Made by a program: the position numbers and the translations under genes | Notes under the pieces: generated by a model | The model's database searches: none | What the model saw: only the letters and a program-made list of their open reading frames with translations | Told to the model about the DNA's origin: nothing | In this document: positions 45,941 through 60,612 of the stretch, in pieces | Numbering within the stretch: position 1 is the stretch's first letter | How the letters are laid out: each line of letters starts with the position of its first letter | Assembly: GCF_009914755.1 (NCBI RefSeq) | Contig: NC_060925.1 | DNA: 64,000 nt | Reading direction: 5' to 3' (one strand) | Source: the human T2T-CHM13v2.0 reference genome, Homo sapiens

Positions 45941-46469
45941 AAAAATGAGTGTCAGAGGTAGGATATGAAAACATTTGTTTGACTCTATGTAGGGCTTAAT
46001 TATAATATTATACTGCTTCCCAGTTGACAAATCTAATACTTTCACCGTCCAAAACTTCCCTCACACTTACTTCCTGTTGTCTGTTTCTATGGTTTCTCTT
46101 GAGTCCTCCTTCCAGGATCCATTCCAAGCCAGACAATGGTATGTGGGTGAGAAACTGTGGTCATGGAGGAGACTGGACAGACCGGAAAGCTTTTCTTTTC
46201 TAACACATGTTTCTGAGGAGCCCTCAGGAAGCCTGTGAACCAGGAAAACCACGGTGATGGTCAATGCTCTGACAGCTCCCCTGCCCCTTTCTCCATGCTC
46301 TTCTCCTGCCGTGCCTTCCCCAAGGCTGTGGGTTGCTCCCCACTGTGCTGCTCCCCTTGGGCCTTCTCTCCCTGCCCACATATGCATGTGCCAGCCCTTT
46401 CCCCTCACAAAAATGTCAACATAGAATGGTAAGTAGAAAAAAAATAAGATGCAATATCGTACAAATAGT

Positions 46470-46939
46470 TGTTATGGGTTGAATTGTGTCCTCCCAAAAT
46501 TGATATGTTGGAGTCCTAACCCCCGTTACCTCGGAAGGTGACCTTATTTGGAAATAAGGTTGTTGTAGGTATAATCAATCAAGTTAAGATGAGGTCATAA
46601 TGAAGTAGGAGGGAACTTAATTCAAAATGACTATTATCCTTATTAAAAGAATGCCATGTGGAGAGACAGACATGCACCAAGGATACTGCCATGTGGAGAG
46701 GAAGGCAGAGATTGGGGTGATGCAGCAGAAGCTGAGAAACACCAAAGACTTCCAGAAAAACAGCAGAAGACAGGAGAGAGGCCTGGGACATATTCTTTCT
46801 CACAGTCCTCACTAAGAACCAATTTGCCAACACCTTGATCTCAGACTTCTAACCTCCAGAACCGTGAGACGGCAAATTGCTGTTACTTAAGCCACTCAGT
46901 TGTGGTACCTTGTTATGGAAGTGCTAGCAAGCTCATAGA
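46470..46939 (+). mobile_element. MaLR solo LTR (MLT1B/C-like)
   Basis: Starts TGTTATGGGTTGAATTGTGTCC; internal gtgaccttatttggaaataagg and ttaagccactcagttgtggtac motifs. Confidence 0.85.
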
Positions 46940-47188
46940 AATAACAGAATCCTGATCTTGTAAAGCAAAATAAACTCATGTATTACGGGTTATCATCTTG
47001 CATACGCACATACACATATACATAGATGAACACATAGAAACAATGAAAGGCAATATATTTTAAAAGTTATCAATACTTCTTTGGGGATAATGGATGCTGA
47101 GTAATTTTGCTTTGTACTTTTCTCTGCACCTTTGGGTATTTTCTCAGTTATCTTACCTCTCTACAATATTATGCATTATTACCTAGAC

Positions 47189-47498
47189 CAGCGGTCCCCA
47201 ACCTTTTTGGTACCAGGGACCTGTTTTGTGGAAGACTATTTTTTCCACAGGTGGGGCAGCAGTGGGGATGGTTTCAGGATGAAACTGTTCCACTGCAGAT
47301 CATCAGGCATTAGATTCTCATAAGGAGCATGCATCCTAGATCCCTTCCATGCACACTTCACAATAGGGTTTGTGCTCCTATGAGAATCTAATGCTTCCAC
47401 AGATCTGACCAGGAGGTGGAGTTCAGGGGGTATATGGCCTGGTTCTTAACAGGCCATGGACTAGTACCTGTCCATGCCCCGGGGGTTGGGGATCTCTG
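47189..47498. mobile_element. MER1B hAT-Charlie MITE
   Basis: TIRs cagcggtccccaacc / ggttggggatctctg; 8-bp TSD acctagac / acacagac. Confidence 0.85.
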
Positions 47499-49484
47499 AC
47501 ACAGACAGATCCCCAGACCTCAGTTTCCTCATCTGTAATTTGAGAATAGTTATACCAATCTTCCAGCATTGTTGTGAGGAATAAAGTGCCTGACACAAAT
47601 AATAGGTCAGTGGGTCTTCCTAGAATAGGGAGAGCAGCTCCAAAGAAGTAAACCTGGACAGACCTCTGTACCTCTATTCATCATCAGGCTTCAGTGTTGC
47701 TGCTAAGCAGGCATGCGGATGCTGCTCAGCACTGGCCTCCCTGTGTGGTAAGGGTGGGTGTGCAGAGATGAGATGGCACAGGGGAGCTAGCTGGATGTCT
47801 TGGGTTTGGGAAGGTCAGCAAAGAAAGGTAAGAGAGGGTGAAAGTTTGATTGAAGAATGTTGGCTATGTAAGGACAACTTAACCCATTGGGGTAACATTT
47901 CTTAGTTTGGGTTGGGGTCCAATGGGGCAACTGAAAAGGGAAAAGGAACCAAGAGAATAGAAAGCATAGCCAAGAAGCCCAACAATCCCCTCCTACAGGA
48001 AGAATGCCTTGCCTCCTCATTTCTTCTCTGAAACCCCTCTGGAAATGGGAGTGGACAATGTAACTTACTTATCATTTTCCACAGCCCATGGGAAGGTGTT
48101 CTTTCCCCAGGAGGAATGTTTCCCAAACAGCCCTCCTTCTGGCCTTATCTGTGATAAGTTGTTCTTTTCTGGGGACTGTTTGGGTATCCTTGACTCTGAC
48201 ATACTCAGTAGGGCAGGTTAATTCTCTTGAATCTTAAATTTAGCCATCTGTGACTTCATATTAATCTTTGGTCTCCAAAAACATTGGGCTGTTTTGCCTC
48301 TTTCTACTCACTTATGTCTTCTTTATCTTAATTCCAAATCCCAGCAACTCAGAGAAGAATTGGGTCCTGCAAATGATATTCACAATCTATTGCTTTATGG
48401 GAGGTCAGTGAAGGCCTTTCCCATTTACTTTGTTAAAATCTATATCTATTTTCATTCCTAATTTTTTATCTGCAAGATTATGTAGCAACATGGGAAACAT
48501 TTATAATATTAAATAGTGAAAGAAGGGGACACAAAAATTGCATGTAAATTATGATTCTATTTGAAAAAAAGACTGAGCAAATAGACAATCAAAAAGACAT
48601 ACACACATACGAGAAAAATAAAACTGGAAGAAAACAGAGCAAAAAATGAATAATGACTATGGTAAAGTGCTGGAATTGTGGATTTTTTAAATTCTTCTCT
48701 ATTTACCTAAAAATTTTAAGGTAATAAGAAAATACTTTTATAATTAAGAAACAGACTTACTAAAATAAAGTAGGGGCAGAAATGAGGAACAAAGTTTGCT
48801 AAAATAAATAAAACAGGAAAGCTTGTAGATAAGGTTTTATGGAAGTAAATATACGTAGCTCCCAGCTTAGTGTGTGTGAGCTGATGGAGAAACACGACTA
48901 CAGAGCTCTTATGGAAAGCATTTAACCATTTGTCACCCTTGCAGTCTACTTCAAGAGTGACTAAAAGGAAGAACAACATGAGGAAGACTTCAAATGTGTT
49001 GAGGATTTGAGAAGAGGGGCTAGAAGTCCAGGCATGTTAGAGGTTTTGGGGCTGTAGAGAGATACTGTAGAAGTTACTAAATTGGGGGTTTTATGGGAAG
49101 TGCTTCAAGCATGACATTGTGAGGCTATGATACTGTTTATTTTTAGAAGTCCTGTTGAGAGGAGTATCTTTCACCTCTCACTAAATTAGCTATGCTCCTT
49201 GGAACCATGGACATCTTTCTGCTGTAGCAGCAATAGGATCAAAGCACGTGTTTAGAAAGAGAAGTGAAAAACACCAGATGTGAGCAAAACCACAAGGGGA
49301 ATTTCAGACAGGCAGCATGCACCAGATGACCCAATTTGGAACGTGGCCCAGGCCCCAGGACAGGCAGACCCTGTAAGGATCAGGCTGGACAGTCAGAGGT
49401 TATTGATCCCGATTTAAGCCAAATGTTGCTAAAACTTGATCTGTGACCTTGCTTAAGCCATTGACCTCCTCTAAACCACTTTCA

Positions 49485-50000
<516 letters not shown>

Positions 50001-51576
50001 TTAAAGATTGTGTTCCATCAATTCACAGAGTAAATAATCTATGTGTTGACAATTGAAGGGGTAGAAAAAATATTTTTTCTCTTACACATAGCTCTTTAAG
50101 ATTCCTAGGGCCAGATTCAGCATACTGTCTAGCACAGTTAGTGACAAATGAATGCTAGTATAGAATAGAGATTATGCTTCAAATTTCAACTGTCTTCACC
50201 ACTTAGTTGCTATGTGGCTTTGGGTAAGGCACTCCATCATTTTGTGCCTTGGTTTCCTAATCTGTTAAATGGGAAAAATACTAGTATCTACCTCATAGAC
50301 TTGTGAAGATTACATAAAGTGATATATCTAAAGAGCTTAGATGAGTGCTGGGTGGATAATGTTAGTTATTACTATCTTCTAAAGTCTTCTATGTGGACTT
50401 CAAAGCTCTCTGCATTTCTTTATTTCATCTCTGTTTTCTCATTTAAATGTTTCCCACATTCTTGCTCCATTCAAGAATATTTCTTGTTTGTCTTATTCAT
50501 CTATGTAGGATATTGCTCCCTGTAGACTTTAAACCAGCTTACTCATTCCCCCTCAAAGCCATTACTGTTTTCCTATTTACGTCAATTTTGAGTCAGTCTC
50601 TAAGTTGACCCTACAACCAGAAATCTATGAAGCGTCACTCAATCCTCTGTTCTCCCACTCCTGGGCTTCTTATATAACAGGATGTCCTCTTAACCACAGG
50701 GGATGTTTCACTAAAATTAAAATGTATATCTTTATTTTCTTTAATAGAAGAAGTAATCAGTTATGGCATCACAGTATATAACAGAAAATCAGCTTGGGAT
50801 CACTGAGCATGGCTGTCTTTAAGAGGATGGGGCAGTGAAAGGAGTCCTGGGTGCAGTGAAAATGCCTTCTACCCTTTGGAGAGATGTTGACATTGGAGAG
50901 AAAGAGGGATGCAGTACTGGGTCCAGGAAGGGAAGATGTTGGAATTCATCTTAGGTCTCATGTACCAAGGAAGTGACTCTGTATGAGAACAGAGGGGAAA
51001 ATCAACAACTGATCAGTGATAACTATGGTATTTTGGCCTTAGGGCTATTAGGGGATGATGAGGGCAAAACTGAGAGGAATGTTAGGGAATCACTTTCTCT
51101 AAAGTATCAATATAAATTGACTCTACTTTTGGCACTCACGGAAACAGCAGAAAGAGGACATCACAACCCCTACCTGGACAACTTCTGATCCAGTTTCACC
51201 AACAACAGCGTCACTCCTTTCGAAGAGCACTCTTGTCTTCCACTGTTACCTTGTATGATTATGTGATTGTTATCGTCCTTATCATTATCACTCTCAAATC
51301 ACTTGAATTTCTTGCATCCCTCCACTATGTTATCTTCTAAAATAATTTTACTATAAGATGATTTAATCCCATGGAAATTTTTGAGCCCCTATTATGAAGG
51401 CTAAATCCTAGGGAATACAAAGATGAGTAAAAGAGTCATTGCTCTTAAGGAGCTCATATCACAAGATTTAGGCAGATTGAAATTGCTAACCAACATTTAA
51501 CCCAGGTCCAGGTGCTCCTAGTTATCTTCCCTATTGGTTTGTCTTGTCCTGTTCATTTATTTAACACATATTTATT

Positions 51577-51854
51577 TATTTCTTTATTTGAGACGGAGTC
51601 TCGCTCTGTCGCCCAGGCTGGAGTGCAGTGGCGCGATCTCGGCTCACTGCAAGCTTCGCCTCCCCTGGGTTCACGCCATTCTCCTGCCTCAGCCTCCCCA
51701 GTAGCTGGGACTACAGGCACCCGCCACCATGCCCAACTAATTTTTTTGTATTTTTAGTAGAGATGGGGTTTCACCGCGTTAGCCAAGATGGTCTCAATCT
51801 CCTGACCTCGTGTGAAAGTGCTGGGACTATAGGCGTGAGCCACTGCGCCCGGCC
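51577..51854 (-). mobile_element. AluY with a ~20-nt left-arm deletion, inserted in an L2 3' end
   Basis: Perfect TSD ttaacacatatttatt at 51561-51576 and 51855-51870. Confidence 0.94.
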
Positions 51855-52424
51855 TTAACACATATTTATTGAGCACCTACTATGTGCTAGGCACTGGGCT
51901 AGCCTAAGGATGCAATAGCAACTAAAATAAGCATCATATTTACTTTTAGAGAATATAACTGCAATGTGAAGAATTAGGCTCAATGATATACCTGGTTGAC
52001 TACAGAAGAAATATTAAGTATTCCTGACTCTCCTCCACAGAGTGGGGTGCACTCCAGTGCACTCCTCTTCCAACCATTACGTAGTGAAGTTATAGCTGAG
52101 ACATATTTAGTTCTTATGTGAGTCCAACTTGAGAGGCACCTGACAATAAGAGGACAAATCTCCACTGTAATGCTGAATAGCTGGTAGTCTCATGTCCAGT
52201 ATTCCTGTGCAAACACCCTTGCAGGAACCAAGTACCCTTCATATTATGCCCTGATTCTATATGGGTTAGACATATACATCAAATAATTTTGGTTTGTCAA
52301 TAAACAATCTAAATAATAGAAGGTAAAGTCAATTATATAAAGTTTCCAAAGAAGGATAGGGGAAGAGTTTCCAAGAAAAGTTTTTTCTTATTGGAAGAAG
52401 CATATCAGATGAAGGCAAGCATTA

Positions 52425-52740
52425 CTTTATGTATATATGTATGTTTGTATGTATTTTAAGGCAGGGTCTGGCACTGTCACTCAGGCCAGAGTGCAGTGGC
52501 ATGGATCTTGGCTCACTGCAACCTCAGTCTGCTGGGCTCAAGTGATGCTCCCACCTCAGCCTCCCAAGTAGCTGGGACTACAAGCATGCACCACCACATC
52601 CAGCTAATTTCTGTATTTTTTTGTAGAGATGGGGGTCTTACCATGTTGCCCAGGATGGTCTCGAACTCTTGGCTCAACTGATCCTCCTGCCTCGGCCTCA
52701 CATAGTTCTGGGATTACAGATGTGAGCCACCACACCTGGT
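52425..52740 (-). mobile_element. Alu (AluJ-like)
   Basis: Diverged Alu with (TATG)n-like tail. Confidence 0.9.
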
Positions 52741-54510
52741 GGCTCACTAATTTTCACTAATGGCAATAAAACCACTACTTACAATATCAGAGTGTACAAC
52801 TAATGTATTAGCTGACTAAATAAGGGATGTAGTAAATTTAGTCAGGGCTTCTGCCTATATAGAGTAAGACCCCAAGGCATGGAAGAATGACTCACTGTAA
52901 TAAACTAAGCCAACTAAATATTGATGAATAGTGCTCACATAACAGCATAATATTAGAACAGAAAAGAAAATTATAGATTGTACTGGATAACTCATTCAAG
53001 CATAAAATTTGGAATCTGATGGTCCTAGGTTCAAATTCCAACTCAGCTTCCTCTTTGCCACCTCTGTGGCCTTGGGCAACTTGAGTATTTTTAAATTTGA
53101 ATACTACAGATCTATATTCCTAGCTAGTAGAGTTCTTTCTCTTATGGATTAAATAAAGTAATACAATTGAAGTCACATGGTGCACAGTGGGCACTTCATA
53201 AATACTCTAGTCTTCTTTTCATTGTACAGAAAAGGAACAAAAGCCTGGAGGACTGATCTAACTTTCCTGAAGGCCCACAGTTAACCAATGTCAGATCCAG
53301 ATGAAAGCCCCTGGCTTCCTGACTCCTGGTCCAGCTGGCTGTCTATGATTTCCAAAACAGGGCTGTGCCAAAGACAACTGAAAATACATTTACCTCTGTT
53401 TTTTTAAAGCTGAAGAGAATGAAGTAAAAAGAGAGGAGGAGGCTGATGTGGGGTGAGAGGTATAAGAAGCAGATTTACTTTCCTGGTTTTGCATTACCTT
53501 CCTGAGTTTACACTGCCTGAGCACACACCCACTAACGGTGGGGGGAAGTGGCAGAGCGTAGCCAACATGGGATTAAAAATTGTGTTACATCAACCCACAA
53601 AGTAAATAATCTACCTGCCCACAGTTGAAGAGGGTGTAACAGGGTATTGTGTTTTTTCTCACACATAGTTCTTTGGGTCTGCTAGGGTCATTCCAGATCT
53701 AATTTTCCAGAAGATCCTATATACGCCTTTCCATTGGAGTTTTGAGCTTGCTAATGTGTGGATTTGGCAGACAAATGCAAATTAAAGAAGATATATATGA
53801 AAAATCACTTGTAGCCTAAACATGATTTCTGTGTGGGACTGGTGCTCCACATGGATAAAAAAGCCATGGGCCGGAGACAGGATGCTTGACTGCTTCCCTG
53901 CACTGCTGTTAACACTCGGGGGGACCCAAGAAAGGAGATTAACTTCTCTGGGCATCTATTTTGTCACCTATAAAATACCATCAAGTAGTCATTTGCTATA
54001 CATTGAATGCAAGACGTTTGTCACATTTTATTTTTCTGTATCCTTTTAAGAGCTTCATGGGGCAGATTGTACTCCCACATTACAAGTAAAGAAATAAGGG
54101 CTTAGAGATATTGTGACTTGTCCAACGTCATTTAGCTGGTAAGTGGTAGAATCTGACAGAACCTGGATTTGAACCCAGAATCTGCTTTCAACCTCCAAGC
54201 TACACTACTTAATATTGTGAGGGAGGGAAAGGATGTTAACCTTCAAAGTACTTTACATCAGTTTAAACAAATGTTCAATACAATCATTTATTAGGGGTAT
54301 AATTCCTAGGAGGTGCCTGTACTTAAGTCATTTTCAGCTCATTGACTTTCTCATTCATTGCCTCTCATCTGACCTGTGAGCCTCAAACCACAGTTATCCT
54401 ATTTCATTTCCTTTGTTTTTGGTGTCAGTACTCCTCCCACATTGGCTGATTTCAGGGGGAGCCGGCACCACTTCTCTTCAAGTAGGGGAGTGTAAGTGTA
54501 GGAAGCCACT

Positions 54511-54558
54511 CATACACACACACATAAATATGCGCGTGCACGCACACACACACACACA
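54511..54558. repeat. Interrupted (CA)n/(CG)n alternating purine-pyrimidine tract
   Basis: catacacacacacataaatatgcgcgtgcacgcacacacacacacaca. Confidence 0.8.
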
Positions 54559-57134
54559 TTCATATTAGTTTGTGATACACATACGTGGTTTCAGAAATTG
54601 ACAATTTAAGAATATGTCATTATTATGACAGTGCATATATCATGTATAAATAATTCCCCATAATTGGGGTTGGGTGAAAAAAACGCTGTGATAAGGTGAT
54701 AGAAAGTGAAGAGACATGTACTAAGGAGAATACTAAGAGACTTAGAACCTTCTGGCTTCAGCCCCCACCTTGAATTTTAAAAGAAGTTCATGAATTTTTT
54801 CCTGCTCATTCGGTCTCCTGAAAGATCCTTACCCTTGGTAGGAAATGAGCTTGATACAACCCAGTGTTGTATCAACTGATACTGAGCTTTCACTCTGTTA
54901 TCTGTATCTGCATTCCAGGTAGTGGTGGTCATCAGACTGTAAACTTTGGAGGCTCAGGGTCACATCTGTGGAATTCTCTCTTCTGTGGTCCGGCATGGCA
55001 TACAATTAGCAAATTGGTGATGACAACGTTTTTCATTCCTTCTATTGCTTTTTATTTGGTTTGTTCAGGAGACAGACACAAAATATTTTGAGACTCATTT
55101 AATTATAGCCCACAACTGTCATGGCATTCAACAAGTGCAGTTATTCGTTAAATATGTACTTGTTGAACATCATGGTACTATTATTGAACATCACAATAAT
55201 ATTTCATTTTTTGCATTAACCCTTAATGGTTACAAAGTGCATCTATAATTAGTGTCACACCTAGGCTTCCTAAGAATCCTTTGAGAAGGGAGAAAGGGAT
55301 AAAAGCATTACCTACCTTATGAGGATTTGTGAGAATCATACAATAAAAGACAAAAGTGCTTAGCACTGGAAGCTGATGCAGCGTAAACAATCATGAAATG
55401 TTACTACTAGCACAGTTATTAGCCCATATTACTGATGATATACCTCACTTCCTCAAGTTTGCACAGTGAAGTAGTAGAATTCAGCTAAGAATCTGTTTCC
55501 AGACCCCAAATCTGTCTTAGGAAACTATCAGTTGAGATCGCAATTATGGAAGGCAAAAAAACAGAGCCTTAAAGGGAGAGCAAACATGACAGGTTTTATG
55601 GTGGGTGAGTAGGCAGAAGTGTTTAGGGACCTTATGTGCATTGTCAAGTGCTCAGGGGAGAGGGTGAGGCCCAGGCTATGTACCACAGGCAGCTGTACAA
55701 TTCATTTTTGGTTCCTCAAATGTTCTATCTTCCCTCAGCACCTTCACATAGAATGTGTTCCTTCTCTCCTGTCTTATTCTCTGTCTTCACCTCTCTTCCC
55801 AACACTTCACCCAACATTCACGCTTCCAGGCTCAACCCAAACATCTCTTCTTCCAGGATGCTCTCCCTGAGCCCCTGTCTGCACCTACTGACAGGCACTC
55901 ACAGTACTCTGCATGCCTCCTTTAGAGAACAGTTGTCCAATATTTGTCTTCCCAGCTAGGAGGTAAGCACTGAGAAGTCTGCAACTTTCCCTTGCTTGCC
56001 GGCTGATGTCTCCCCAGCAGCAGTGTCCAGCACGTTTGTCAAGTGCGGAGCAGCTGCTGGCCACCTTAAAGATGGAAAGGAACGAGACTGAAAAAAGGGT
56101 GGGAAGTCATGAAAACAAATTTAAAATGCTTTACTATTTTGCCCTAGAACCACTCGGGGTGGTGCTATTGGGAAGAGCTAGGCAGTGAGAAAACATAAAG
56201 GAGACAACGGAAAGGAGCGAGAAAAAAGACACAAGAAAGGCATGGAGAAGTCACTTGATGCAAAGAGTAGCAGACATAGGTGCTCATCCTGAAGAAGGCT
56301 GGGCCATGGATGCCAAGCCTTCCGCAGACATATGAAAGGTTGCTGAGAATTAGCCGTTTCTCTTTCTTTCAAACTTCCCCTTGTTTATGTCTGCCGTCTT
56401 TTGTCAGAAAGAGATGCAGGGGCCCTGCTCTCTCCAGAAGACTAACCCCTGCAGCAGTCCATGGAATCCAGGGCTAAGTCTGCTGAGGGGAGAGGGAGGG
56501 AGGGAAGAGTTTCCACCAGGATGACATATTTCTGACTCTGCCCTCTGACAACAAAGGGTGCCGGTGGTGGGACTTTTGGCAGGAAGCACCCACCTTTGGG
56601 GGAGTCAGAATCATGTTGCGGGGTGACAGTGACTGAGGCGGACCCTGGAGCCCTGGCCGTCTTCCCTGCGCGGCCCTAGGCAGCGGTGCCTGGATGATCT
56701 CCTGGGCGCCTCCTCCGAGGTTCAGGCAGGGCTGAGGGAGGATGCGATGCCCGAGCTCCGGCAGGGCCCATTTTGTTTATGTTCCCACTCCTTCGCCCTG
56801 GGAAGCCCCGAGTTCCCACACTCACTGAGGCAGGAAGGTCACCACGGACACCTCATCTGTCTGGGCCGTTGACTAACTACAGATAAGCAGCAGCTGCCAC
56901 ATCCATGTTGGGGTCACCTCCCAGTCTGCCCACCCTGGAACCAGGGGAGAAGCCCCCATCCCCGCCCACTTGCACATGATGCCTCCCCAGCAAGGTCAGC
57001 TGCTCCTGAGGCCAGGATGGCGACATGGGGCCACAGAAAAACTTGCTTTTGCGGGAGAAGCAAGACATGACTAAGGGATTGAAAGGTCTTAGACATGACT
57101 ACCCGAGAGCCCAGGCTTATATTTCCACCTTACC

Positions 57135-57426
57135 TTTTTTTTTTTTTTAGATGGAGTTTCTCTCTGTCGCCCAGGCTGGAGTGCAGTGGTGCGAACTCTG
57201 CTCACTGCAACCTCCGCCTCCCGGGTTCAAGCAATTCTCCTGACTCAGCCTCCCGAGTAGGGATTACAGGCACGCACCCCCACGCCCGGCTAATTTTTGT
57301 ATTTTTAGTGGAAATTGGGTTTTACCATGTTGGCCTGGCTGATCTGGAACTCCCGACCTCAAGTGATTCGCCCGCCTCGGCTTCCCAAAGTGCTGGGATT
57401 AAAGGTGTGAACCAGGGCACCCAGCC
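57135..57426 (-). mobile_element. Alu (AluS)
   Basis: Full antisense Alu; degenerate TSD accttac. Confidence 0.93.
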
Positions 57427-58377
57427 TACCTTACATTTGCTGAGCACTTTAGAGTTTCACAGCGCTCTACTGCCTGCATCTTTTCACATGACTCTGACCA
57501 CCACCCGTGAAGATCGCAGAGCAGGTGTTTTTGTGTCCATTTTGCAGATGAGTAAACAGCCCCAGGATGTTCGAGACGCTTGCCAAATTCACACAGATAG
57601 TTAGTGGTAAAAGTCATGTTCACGGGGGCTTTGTGCTACCCCATGCAAACACACCACACCAGCTGAACAATCCCAATTTTTATCCCTAAAAGAGGACTCT
57701 TTCTCCCAGGTTTAACCTGTTTTCCACCCAAGCCTGCCGTGTAGTGAGAAACATAGCAGTTTTGGAGTTTGAATCTGATTCCTCTTCTTGTTAACCAAAT
57801 GATTTAGCAGTTGTGTATTTGGGACTTGATTTCCCTGAATATTTGCTTCCACATGTATAAAATGCAGATAATGCTGCCTAACTTGAACGGTTGTTGTAAG
57901 GTTTAAGAATAACAAGAAACATCTATTCTCTGTTTTCCATACCCTAAGCTTGGTTCTAAGCACCTTATGTTCATTGACTTATTAAATTCTCACAACATGC
58001 CTGTGTGATTTCATGCATGCTATCATTATTTCATTGTACAGTTGAGGAACAATGGCAGAGAGGTAAAGAAACATACCCCAGGTTACACAGAGAGCAGATG
58101 GCAGAGCCAGGATTGCAACCCAGACTACAGAGCCGAGTGCTTAATCTCCAAGCTATATTGACTATGCAAATTATGTTTACTGTCCACAATCGGCACTCAA
58201 TCAACAGCTATTACTAAGAATTGGGGAAGGGTTTGTTTGAATTACAAGAAAAATGATCAGCTAACTACCTGAACTAATTAGATGAATCAATAGTCCTGTC
58301 TACTCAAAAATATTTTCTATGTAGTATTCTGGTTTCTAATTTCTTCCCACTAGATTCATAGCTTTAGAGCACGAAGT

Positions 58378-58548
58378 CACCCAAGGGACTTTTGGCAATG
58401 TCTAGAGACATTTTTGGTTGTCACAAATGTGGGGTGCTACTGGCATCTAATGGGTTAGGCCAGGGATACTGCTAAACATCCTACACAGAAGAGTTCCTCA
58501 AAAAAGAATTATCTGGCCCGAAATGTCAATATGCTGAAGTTTAGAAAC
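58378..58548. mobile_element. MER20 hAT element fragment
   Basis: ttggcaatgtctagagacatttttggttgtcacaa...gtgctactggcatcta...gctaaacatccta signature. Confidence 0.8.
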
Positions 58549-60288
58549 TACTTTAAAATTGAGTATTTAGAGTTGAGTCATGATTACTTAAGTTTTGAAG
58601 TGCCCTGCTGGATCCAAATTTGACACATATACTAATTTGTTTATTCAAATTGGACACATATACCAGTAAAGTAATGCCCTGTTTAATATCTAGTGATACA
58701 TTAACATGGTTCCTTATATGTGATCATTTGTCATTACTTATTGTTGCTGCTGCTATTGTTACCAAGCAAAGCAGATGTGTGCCCTAGAAATGGTCAGGCT
58801 GATTTGGGGTTTGTGGTAGAGTTAGAAAATTGAAGCTGTTTTTCTGTTAAATTACGTTACCAACCTCCAAATTGCTGACATTTCTTCCAATATATTGAAG
58901 TAGGTCATAAATAAACTCACAGCAATGCCATTTCCTTTCAGCATACAACTCTATGAATCCCTGGTATCTTTCAGTGCAGTCAGCTCTTGTTTTGTGTGTT
59001 ATGTACACACCAAACAGATTTTTAAAGTTTAATTTTGTTGGCCCCTTTTGAAAACTCCTGTAGCTAATGACATTTTCAAAATGATAAAAGTTTTATTTTG
59101 TCAAACAGAACTTTGACCAACAGAACACCCTTGGTACCCGATGCACGTGTGGCGCATCTGTGATGCCTGGCAGCATACTGAACTTTCTTACTTTGTTGGA
59201 AAACACTGCGTGTCACATCATCAACACTGATTTTCATATCATCATGCATTAGCTTCAAAGACTGTGTTTATAATCCTCAAAGGAGTTGTATCAGTCAGTT
59301 TTAGCCAGGTTGTGATACAGTAATGGATAATCCCCATATCCTAATAACAAAATAGATCTGTATTTGTTCATGTTACATGTACACCGTAAATTGGCCACTG
59401 ATTACTTCATGTCTTTTGCATTCTTAATCTAGACTGAAGGAGCTGGCCCTATTTGGGATATGGTAGCATCATAGCAAGGGAAATGAGAAAGATGAAACCA
59501 CATGATGGGTCTTAATAGTTTCTGCTCAGCATATATGACATATGTTTGCCTTCTATTGGTCAATGCAAGTCCATGGCCAAATTCCTTCCATAGGCCCCAT
59601 AGGCAGGGGCAGCAAATATTTTAAACAATAAGATAATCTGCTATAAGAGTCTGTTTTTGCCACCAAAGTCACAAACTTCTAAAGAGCCAGGGACTCAGCC
59701 TTGAATCATTGCTTTCTAAAGATGTTTTTATCAAGAAATGGGGAGAGAATGTAAAATGAAAAAGTTGAAGAAGTAAAATTATCAGATTCTAATGGTTAAT
59801 TTGATAAGGAGCAGAGTTGGGTGGCAATGCCAAGGAAAAGACAGAAATGAAAAATAATTTCTAAGATTCCAGCTTGGGTGACTGATAAATGATAGTGTCA
59901 ACAAGTGAGGTAGAGAAGAGAGAAGAAAAAGAGGTTTAGAAGGAGACAAAACAAGTTTCATTTTTGATGCAATGAATATAAGGTGTCTTTGGAACATCCG
60001 TGTAGAAATATGCAGTGGACAGCTGGATATACGAGTGTGGCTCCTGAGAGAGTACTAAGCTGGAAACAAAGCTCTGAGATGCAAGACCATGTAAATAATA
60101 ATAATCACTATTAGGGTTGCATTTATTGACTATTTGCTATGTGTCAGGCACTATGCTAAGAATTTTCATACAATTTGCGTATGTTGTATTATTTAATTTT
60201 CATGTAACCATCTAAGCTGGGTATATATATATATAGTCGATGTTATTTATACTCATTTAGCTGATGAGTTTAAAAGAGGGAAGCTTAG

Positions 60289-60612
<324 letters not shown>

